DNA of 21,373 nt, filler included, from Angustibacter luteus (GTDB lineage: Bacteria; Actinomycetota; Actinomycetes; Actinomycetales; Angustibacteraceae), in NCBI RefSeq assembly GCF_039541115.1. It is 4 parts of 4 records of this genome, joined end to end, with 100 filler letters (N's around TTAATTAATTAA, not from the genome) between each part and the next. Parts side by side here need not be neighbours in the genome. Positions count along the whole stretch, not along the records: positions 9,281 to 21,373 come from NZ_BAABFP010000009.1; 3 more parts are not named here. The stretch is one strand, 5' to 3'. The notes under the pieces were generated by a model. It saw only the letters and a program-made list of their open reading frames with translations. It had not been told where the DNA came from and did not search any database. Shown here in pieces: positions 15,354 to 21,373 of this stretch; within the stretch, counting starts at the first letter, position 1; every line of letters starts with the position of its first letter. Position numbers and translations under genes: made by a program.

Positions 15354-16440
15354 CCTGCTGGACGAGCTCGTGCACCGGGTGCTCCCGGTGCTGGTCTTCC
15401 TGGTCGCCATCACCGTCGTGGCCGAGCTGAGCGAGATCGCCGGGGTGTTCGAGGTCGCGTCGTCCACCGCGGCGCGCTGGGCGCGCGGCCGAGTCTGGTT
15501 GCTCTGGGTCCTGGTGGTGGTGCTCGCGACGGCGTCGACCATCGTGCTGTCGCTGGACACCACGGCGGTCCTGCTCACGCCGGTCGTGCTGACCCTGGCC
15601 CGTCGGCTGGGCGTCTCCACCGCGGCCTTCGCGATGACCACGGTGTGGCTGGCGAACACCGCGTCCATGCTGCTGCCGGTGTCCAACCTGACGAACCTGC
15701 TCTCGCTGCACCGGATGCAGGAGCTCGGCGTCGGGGTGGGCGGGTTCGTCCGGCTGACCTGGCTGCCCGCGCTGGTCGCCGTCGTGGTGACCGTCGCCGT
15801 GCTGGCCGTGATGTTCCGGAACGACCTGCGCGGGCACTACGAGCAGGCGCCGCCGCACGAGCCGCACGACCGGCTGCTGCTGGTGGCCTGCGCCGTCGTC
15901 TGCCTGCTGCTGGGGCCGGCCTTCGTGACCGGGGTGAACGTGGCCTGGCCCGCGTCGGGCGCGGCCGTCGTCCTCCTGGTGCTGTTCGTGGTGCGCGACC
16001 GGACGCACCTGGGCTGGCGGCTGCTGCCCTGGCGCGCCGTGCTGATCGTGACGGTGCTGTTCGTCGCGGTCTTCTGGCTCGGCCAGATCGGGCTGGACGA
16101 CCTGCTGGCATCGGTGTCCGGCGGCGGCGAGGGCTTCGCCAGCTACCTGCAGCTGGCGGGCACCGCGGCGCTGGCCGCGAACGTGATCGACAACCTGCCC
16201 GCCTACCTGGCCCTGGAGCCGGCCGCCGGAGACTCCCCCGCCCGGCTGGTGGCCGTGCTGATCGGGGTGAACTGCGGCCCGCTGCTGACCCTGTGGGCCT
16301 CGCTCGCGACGCTGCTGTGGCGCGAGCGCTGCCGGGCCCGTGGGGTGCCGGTGCGGTGGTGGGTGTTCGCGCTGCGCGGGCTCGTCGTCGTCCCGCTGCT
16401 GCTGGTGGCCTGCACGGCCGCGCTCACCGTCACCGCGTGA
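15346..16440 (+). CDS. ArsB/NhaD (IT superfamily) membrane transporter
   Basis: LSLDTTAVLLTPVV, LANTASMLLPVSNLTNLL, ANVIDNLPAYL and IGVNCGPLLTLWASLATLLW; 8-nt overlap with the yaaA stop. Confidence 0.85.
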   Translation: MPDLLDELVHRVLPVLVFLVAITVVAELSEIAGVFEVASSTAARWARGRVWLLWVLVVVLATASTIVLSLDTTAVLLTPVVLTLARRLGVSTAAFAMTTVWLANTASMLLPVSNLTNLLSLHRMQELGVGVGGFVRLTWLPALVAVVVTVAVLAVMFRNDLRGHYEQAPPHEPHDRLLLVACAVVCLLLGPAFVTGVNVAWPASGAAVVLLVLFVVRDRTHLGWRLLPWRAVLIVTVLFVAVFWLGQIGLDDLLASVSGGGEGFASYLQLAGTAALAANVIDNLPAYLALEPAAGDSPARLVAVLIGVNCGPLLTLWASLATLLWRERCRARGVPVRWWVFALRGLVVVPLLLVACTAALTVTA

Positions 16441-16461
16441 GGTCCGGCACCCCGAGGCGCG

Positions 16462-16944
16462 TCAGACGGGCAGCACCGAGACGATCGACAGGTCCCCGCT
16501 CGGGTAGCCCTTCGGCGCGATGGTGATGTCCACCCGGCCGGTGATGGCGATGGTCCACGGCACGATGTCGGCCGGCAGCACCTCGCCCGGACGGTGCACG
16601 TGGTGCAGCCGCTGGTGCACGTCGGAGAACTCGTTGACGGTGCCGGCCAGCACGTTGAGCAGCTCGTTGGCGTTCTCCTGCAGCGAGTCCGGCAGGACGC
16701 CGTCCTCGACCGCGGCCTCGGCGCCACCCGGCGGCACGAGACCGAGGGCCGCACCGACGCTCGCGGTGAGCGGGAAGTCCATGACGGCCACGGTGGTCAG
16801 CTGGTTGCGGTCGTCCACGTACACGGCGGTGCAAGGACCGACCTTGGCCTCCATGTCCGGGCGGCGGCCGTGGGACAGCGTGACCTCACGGCCGAGCAGT
16901 CCCTCGAACAGGTCCTTGACCGACTGGTTCGTCGGAAGCGCCAT
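16462..16944 (-). CDS. Divergent CheC/CheX-like chemotaxis-associated protein (160 aa)
   Basis: Last gene of the che run; contains an ExxN motif (ENANELLNVLA) as in CheC/CheX/FliY phosphatases; 9 nt after the cheY stop. Confidence 0.65.
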   Translation of the reverse strand: MALPTNQSVKDLFEGLLGREVTLSHGRRPDMEAKVGPCTAVYVDDRNQLTTVAVMDFPLTASVGAALGLVPPGGAEAAVEDGVLPDSLQENANELLNVLAGTVNEFSDVHQRLHHVHRPGEVLPADIVPWTIAITGRVDITIAPKGYPSGDLSIVSVLPV

Positions 16945-16953
16945 GATTTCCCC

Positions 16954-17316
16954 TCAGCCCAGCACCGGCGCGAGGGCGTCACTGAAGACCTCGGCGGTGA
17001 ACGGCTTGACGATGACGAAACGCGCACCAGCCGCCTCGGCGACCTCGCGCATGTCGTCCGAACCCTCCGACGTGACGAACCCGAAGGGGGTCTGGTCACC
17101 GCCGGCCCGCAGGTTGCGCAGGAACTCGATGCCGGTCATGTTCGGCATGTTCCAGTCGGACAGGACCACGTCAGGCGCGTGCTCGGCGACCTTCGCGAGG
17201 CCGTCGGCGCCGTCCACGGCCTCGACGACCTCGTGGCCGTCGTAGCCGGCCTGGCGCAGCGTCCGTACGACGATCTGGCGCATGACGCGGCTGTCGTCGA
17301 CCACCAGGAACCTCAT
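16954..17316 (-). CDS. cheY: CheY-like single-domain response regulator (120 aa)
   Basis: MRFLVVDDS, SDWNMP (phospho-Asp), FVTSE and VKPF; RBS GGGAGA; ATGA overlap with cheX. Confidence 0.88.
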   Translation of the reverse strand: MRFLVVDDSRVMRQIVVRTLRQAGYDGHEVVEAVDGADGLAKVAEHAPDVVLSDWNMPNMTGIEFLRNLRAGGDQTPFGFVTSEGSDDMREVAEAAGARFVIVKPFTAEVFSDALAPVLG

Positions 17317-17804
17317 CGTGCTTCTCCCATCGAGTCGTTGCTTGTCGCGGTGCTGGGCAGGTGCCAGACACCGATCCGGGCGGCGTGCCCCGGCCACTCC
17401 ACGCCAGCGCGGCAGACCAGCTGCGCGTGCACCGGCGCCCACTCCAGCTCCACGCGGGGCAGCCCGAGGCTGGTGCTGCCCTGCAGGAGCGCCTTGACGT
17501 TGCCGCCGATGACGTTGACCACCTCGCCGACCGCGTCCGCGACGTCGGCGTCGCTCACGTCGTCCGTCTCGGGGATCTGCAGCATCGCGCGGGTGACCGC
17601 AACCGCCGTCGTGGGCGGCATCGTCACCGTCACCAGCCCGGTCCAGTCGCCGTCGATGGTCACCGAGGCGGTCATCGCGCCCTGCAGACCGAAGGCGTGG
17701 TCGGCGCGGATCGCAGGAAGCTGGAGCAGGGACTCCCACACCTCGGCGACGAGCTCCCACACCTCGTCGGCCCGGATCGGCGCCACCCCGGTCGTCGTCG
17801 TCAT
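17313..17804 (-). CDS. cheX: Chemotaxis phosphatase CheX (163 aa)
   Basis: ASVTIDGDWTGLV and DVADAVGEVVNVIGGNVK (ExxN), LGLPRV; RBS AAGGAGG; ATGA overlap with the upstream cheY. Confidence 0.88.
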   Translation of the reverse strand: MTTTTGVAPIRADEVWELVAEVWESLLQLPAIRADHAFGLQGAMTASVTIDGDWTGLVTVTMPPTTAVAVTRAMLQIPETDDVSDADVADAVGEVVNVIGGNVKALLQGSTSLGLPRVELEWAPVHAQLVCRAGVEWPGHAARIGVWHLPSTATSNDSMGEAR

Positions 17805-18193
17805 GCCGAGACCTCCTTGGGCTCGGGCAGCAGACCCAGCAGCAGCAGCTTGTCGCGCAGCGCGTCGGCGGTGAACGGCTTGATCAGGTACTCGTGGGCA
17901 CCGGCGGCCAGCGCCCGGACGATCTGCCCGTGCTCGCTCTCGGTGGTCACCATCATCAGCGTCAGCGACCGCCACGCCGGCTCGGCGCGGACGCGGTTGA
18001 CGAAGGTCAGCCCGTCCATCACCGGCATGTTCCAGTCCACGCAGGCGAGCTCGGGCAGCGGGCCGGTGGCCAGCACGTCGAGCGCTGCCTGCCCGTGCTC
18101 GGCCTCAAGGACCTCGTCGTACCCGAGGTCCACCAGGATCCGCGAGACGATGCGCCGCATCGCCCGCGAGTCGTCGATCACCAAAGCGCGCAT
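17801..18193 (-). CDS. cheY: Chemotaxis response regulator CheY (130 aa)
   Basis: MRALVIDDS, VDWNMPVMDG, MMVTTE and YLIKPF; TGATG overlap with cheR; RBS GAGGAG. Confidence 0.92.
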   Translation of the reverse strand: MRALVIDDSRAMRRIVSRILVDLGYDEVLEAEHGQAALDVLATGPLPELACVDWNMPVMDGLTFVNRVRAEPAWRSLTLMMVTTESEHGQIVRALAAGAHEYLIKPFTADALRDKLLLLGLLPEPKEVSA

Positions 18194-19032
18194 CACGCCA
18201 CTCCTCTTGCTGCTTGCGGCATCAGCCGGTAGACGGAGCCTCGGCCCAGGGCCTGTCGCTGCCACATGTCGTCGATTCCCATGGTCGTTTCGGGTGCACC
18301 CAGGAACAGGTACCCGTCCGGGGCCAGGATCTTGCGTACCCGGCGAAGCACGTCGGCCTTCGTCGCCAGGTCGAAGTAGATGAGCACGTTGCGCAGGAAG
18401 ACCACGTCGAACGTGCCGAGGCCGACCAGCGGCCGGGCCAGGTTGAGCTGGCGGAACGTCGTGCGGGCAGCCAGCGACTGGTTGACCCGCCAGGCCGCAC
18501 CGTCCCGCTCGAAGTGCTTGACCAGGCTGGTGGCGGGCAGGCCGCGGTTGACCTCGAGCTGGCTGTACCGGCCCTCACGGCAGCGCTCGACCATCTCGAG
18601 CGACAGGTCGGTGCCCAGCACGTCGATGGACCAGCCCGCCAGCTGCGGGGCGTCCCCGAGCACCATGGCGATGCTGTACGGCTCCTGCCCGCTGGAGCAG
18701 GCGGCCGACCAGACCCGCAGCCGGCGGGTCAGGGAGCGGGCGGCGACGAGCTCGGGCACGACCAGGTCCCGCAGCCCCACGAACGGCTCGCTGTCCCGGA
18801 ACCACGAGGTCTCGTTCGTGGTCAGCGCCTCGACGATCTCGCGCTGCGCCGGACCGCCGGGCTGGCGGCGCGCCCGGTTCACGAAGGTCTCGACGTCCGG
18901 GTCCCCCTGCGCGCGAGCCAGCGGCAGCAGCCGGGACTCGACCAGGTACTCCTTGCCGGCGCCGAGCACCAGGGCGCTCTCGCGGTGCACGAGGGCGCAG
19001 ACGAAGTCGAAGGCGTCCGCGGCGATGCTCAT
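18193..19032 (-). CDS. cheR: Chemotaxis protein-glutamate methyltransferase CheR
   Basis: LTTNETSWFRD, RVWSAACSSGQEPYS, GTDLS and FDVVFLRNVLIYFD. Confidence 0.96.
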   Translation of the reverse strand: MSIAADAFDFVCALVHRESALVLGAGKEYLVESRLLPLARAQGDPDVETFVNRARRQPGGPAQREIVEALTTNETSWFRDSEPFVGLRDLVVPELVAARSLTRRLRVWSAACSSGQEPYSIAMVLGDAPQLAGWSIDVLGTDLSLEMVERCREGRYSQLEVNRGLPATSLVKHFERDGAAWRVNQSLAARTTFRQLNLARPLVGLGTFDVVFLRNVLIYFDLATKADVLRRVRKILAPDGYLFLGAPETTMGIDDMWQRQALGRGSVYRLMPQAARGVA

Positions 19033-20177
19033 CGGGCCTGCCCCAGGCTGGCGCTCGGCTGCCCACCGGAGGCACCCGCGGTGATCCGACGAGTCAGCGC
19101 CAGCGGCAGGTCACCGAGCGGCAGCACCTCCTCCGCGGCACCGACCTCGACGACCGAGCCGGGCATGCCCCACACGACGGAGCTGGCCTCGTCCTGGACG
19201 AGCACGCTGCCGCCGGCGGCCACGACGTCCTGGCTGCCGCGGCGACCGTCCGAGCCCATCCCGGTCAGGACCGTGGCGAGCACGTCAGGGCCGAACACCT
19301 CGGCGGCCGAACGGAACAGGACGTCCACGGCTGGCCGGCAGAAGTTCTCGGGAACCTGCTGGTCGATGGTGGTCACGACGTCGTTGCCGACCCGGCGCAG
19401 CCGCAGGTGGTAGTCGCCCGGGGCCAGGTAGACCGACCGCGGACGCAGCTTCTCGCCGCCCTCGGCCTCGCAGACGTCGAACGGCAGGTTGCGGTCCAGC
19501 CGGGCCGCGAACTGGCGGGTGAACACGGGCGGCATGTGCTGGACGACGACGACCGGTACCCGCAGGTCGGCCGGCAGCCCGGCGAGCAGGGTGGACAGTG
19601 CCTCGGGGCCGCCCGTCGAGCAGCCGATCGCGAGCACCTGGAACGGCCCGCGGCGCGGACGCCGGACGGCCAGGGCGGGGGTGGTGGTCGGCACGGGCGG
19701 GCGCACCGATGTCGTCGGGGCCGGCCGTTGACGGATCAGGCCCGGGGCGGCTCCGGCACCCCGCCGCGCCAGCGGCACCAGCGCCTTGATCTTGGGGACG
19801 AGCGACGTGCGTACCTGCTCGAGCGACTCCGCGATGCTGCCGGAGTTGGACGGCTTGGTGACGTAGTCGCTGGCGCCCGCCTCGAGGGCATCCAGCGTCG
19901 CGCTGGCACCGCGCTCGGTCAGCGTGCTGAACATGATCACCGGGAGCCGGTGGCCGTCGGCGCGCAGCTGGCGCAGTGCGGCGATGCCGTCCATCTCCGG
20001 CATCTCGATGTCGAGCGTCACCAGGTCGGGCGCGACCTGGGACAGCTTCGTCAGCGCGAGCCGGCCGTTGGACGCGGTGCCGACGACCTCGATGTCGGGG
20101 TCGGACGACAGCGCGTCGCTGACGAGCCGTCGAATGACGACGGAGTCGTCGACGACGAGCACGCGAACAGGGGCCAC
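19029..20177 (-). CDS. cheB: Chemotaxis response regulator protein-glutamate methylesterase CheB
   Basis: Receiver domain VLVVDDS/TLDIEMP; catalytic triad GCSTGGP, VQHMP, LTGMGSDG. The start is placed at GTG 20177 (or 20180), behind the RBS GAGGAG at 20185-20190. Confidence 0.96.
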   Translation of the reverse strand: MAPVRVLVVDDSVVIRRLVSDALSSDPDIEVVGTASNGRLALTKLSQVAPDLVTLDIEMPEMDGIAALRQLRADGHRLPVIMFSTLTERGASATLDALEAGASDYVTKPSNSGSIAESLEQVRTSLVPKIKALVPLARRGAGAAPGLIRQRPAPTTSVRPPVPTTTPALAVRRPRRGPFQVLAIGCSTGGPEALSTLLAGLPADLRVPVVVVQHMPPVFTRQFAARLDRNLPFDVCEAEGGEKLRPRSVYLAPGDYHLRLRRVGNDVVTTIDQQVPENFCRPAVDVLFRSAAEVFGPDVLATVLTGMGSDGRRGSQDVVAAGGSVLVQDEASSVVWGMPGSVVEVGAAEEVLPLGDLPLALTRRITAGASGGQPSASLGQAR

Positions 20178-20228
20178 CACACGTCTCCTCGGCTGGATGC
20201 CGGGCACGAGCGGGCCGGCACCTGCCTG

Positions 20229-20254
20229 TTCGGCAACCCCGCGCAGAATCTGAG
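20229..20254 (-). promoter_or_regulatory. Putative FliA-type promoter for cheB-cheR-cheY-cheX-cheY-cheX-like
   Basis: Minus strand reads exactly CTCA-N16-GCCGAA, in the short intergenic region upstream of cheB. Confidence 0.75.
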
Positions 20255-20263
20255 GAGTGCGCC

Positions 20264-21187
20264 TCAGCGGCCCGGGAGCTCGCCGCGGGCCACCTGCCAG
20301 GGCCGCAGCAGGGTGCCCAGGTGCTCGTCACCGAGCAGGTCGCACACCGACATGGCCTGGACGACGCCGCTGAGCGCGTTCCAGGAACCCTCGGCCGCAT
20401 CCGTGGAGCTGAAGCCGGCGCTGCGGAACGCCAGGACCGCACGCATCTGGTGCGCGGCCGTCGTCCGCGTGCGGCCCGACAGGTGCGCCGCCCAACCGGC
20501 GTCGTGCATCGCCGCGGCCCAGCTTCCGGTTCCGGTCCGGAGCAGGTCCACCGCGGCCCGCCAGTCCTCCCGGTCGCGCTCGTCCCAGCTCGAGAGCTGG
20601 GCGAGCAGGGCGGTCACGGGGTCGGGCGCATCCGGCCCGGGGTCGCTGCCGTCGACCGGCTCAGCGGGCAGCGTGCGGGCCACGGACAGGTAGGGCCCGG
20701 CCAGGTGCCGGCGCCGGTCGTCGTCCAGCACGGTCGCGCAGAACGCCGAGGCGGCGGCGTCGCACAGGACGTCGCAGGCCAACCGGTCCCGCAGCCGCTG
20801 CAGGCTCACGTCCTGCACGACCTCCCACGTCCAGTCCAGGACGTCCCGGCGCAGGAACCTGTCCAGCGCCTCGAGGTCGCCGAGCGGTGCCTGGGTCAGC
20901 CGGGTCAGCAGCTCCTGCGTCGGCAGCGGCTCGCCCGCTGCCGCCAGGTCGAGCTCGGTGGGCATCGCGGCCAGCGCGGTCGTCATCCGGGGCAGCGTGT
21001 CCGCCGCCGCACTGGCCTCGCGCCAGCACTCGGGCCGACACGAGCCCGGGTGCGCGTTGGCCAGCGCCTGCATGGTGGCGGTGTCGGCGCACAGCCCGCG
21101 GAGCACTACCTCGGCGACGTTCGCCCCGCTCGGCGTCCGCACCAGGTCGAACCCCAGCGCGGGCGCCCCCACCAGCGTGTAGGCCAT
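20264..21187 (-). CDS. Hypothetical protein (307 aa) embedded in the chemotaxis cluster
   Basis: Coding-like codon usage; co-oriented between an MCP 3' end and cheB; no TM segment or recognisable motif. Confidence 0.8.
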   Translation of the reverse strand: MAYTLVGAPALGFDLVRTPSGANVAEVVLRGLCADTATMQALANAHPGSCRPECWREASAAADTLPRMTTALAAMPTELDLAAAGEPLPTQELLTRLTQAPLGDLEALDRFLRRDVLDWTWEVVQDVSLQRLRDRLACDVLCDAAASAFCATVLDDDRRRHLAGPYLSVARTLPAEPVDGSDPGPDAPDPVTALLAQLSSWDERDREDWRAAVDLLRTGTGSWAAAMHDAGWAAHLSGRTRTTAAHQMRAVLAFRSAGFSSTDAAEGSWNALSGVVQAMSVCDLLGDEHLGTLLRPWQVARGELPGR

Positions 21188-21312
21188 CGGCGGACCACCC
21201 CATGTCGTCGGTGCTCCCAGGGTCGCCTACCCCGCGGCCGAGGGCTACGCCGACGCGTCCGGTGCACCCGATCGCAAGCAGATCGGTGCGCTCCGTGATC
21301 CGTGGTGCACGT

Positions 21313-21373
21313 TCAGTAGGTGAAGCGGGCGATCTGGGTGCGGAGCTGGGCCGCCATCACCGACAGCTCCTCG
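21313..21373 (-). CDS. 3' end (partial) of an MCP gene; identical-tail copy 3
   Basis: Reads EELSVMAAQLRTQIARFTY*; identical to 6122-6181 and 9121-9180. Confidence 0.85.
   Translation of the reverse strand, partial: EELSVMAAQLRTQIARFTY

Noticed and set aside
16954..18265. Longer ORF-track starts for cheY (17760), cheX (17975) and cheY (18265)
   Set aside because: The extensions overlap upstream genes in other frames. RBS-supported, coupled starts at 17316, 17804 and 18193 fit the family N-termini.
21188..21312. FliA-type promoter or c-di-GMP riboswitch upstream of the 307-aa gene
   Set aside because: No CTCA-N15-17-GCCGA match at a usable position and no GEMM-type motif; only a weak hairpin at 21264-21289.
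6122..21373. Diversity-generating retroelement or site-specific shufflon explaining the MCP repeats
   Set aside because: The visible copies are identical, with no adenine-specific mismatches, and there is no reverse transcriptase or recombinase in the window.

Overview
High-GC actinobacterial draft-assembly DNA, probably from a motile, flagellated actinomycete (inferred from codon usage, leaderless TANNNT promoters, the RNase P RNA and FliA-type promoters). It is not one continuous locus. Four contigs (1-2248, 2349-6181, 6282-9180, 9281-21373) are joined by artificial 100-nt N/TTAATTAATTAA linkers, and most contig ends stop about 61 nt into a repeat. Contig 1 carries a secreted beta-sandwich + Thr/Pro-linker + beta-helix protein, flanked by identical, inward-pointing 3' ends of two paralogues. 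Contigs 2-3 and the right half of contig 4 are pieces of a chemotaxis cluster: several MCPs, cheA, cheW, an uncharacterised 307-aa gene, cheB, cheR, cheY, cheX, cheY and a cheX-like gene. The cluster is fragmented because at least three MCP genes have different sensor domains but apparently share a nucleotide-identical signalling tail. Three CTCA-N16-GCCGAW-type promoters are visible. The left half of contig 4 holds the end of an IS481-family element, a dodecin-like ORF, a holin-like ORF, rnpB, a hypothetical exported protein, an NCS2 permease, an RNB ribonuclease, yaaA and an ArsB/NhaD-type transporter. No CRISPR, defence or biosynthetic system is evident. The best leads are the two families with variable N-termini and identical C-termini, and the uncharacterised chemotaxis-linked gene.
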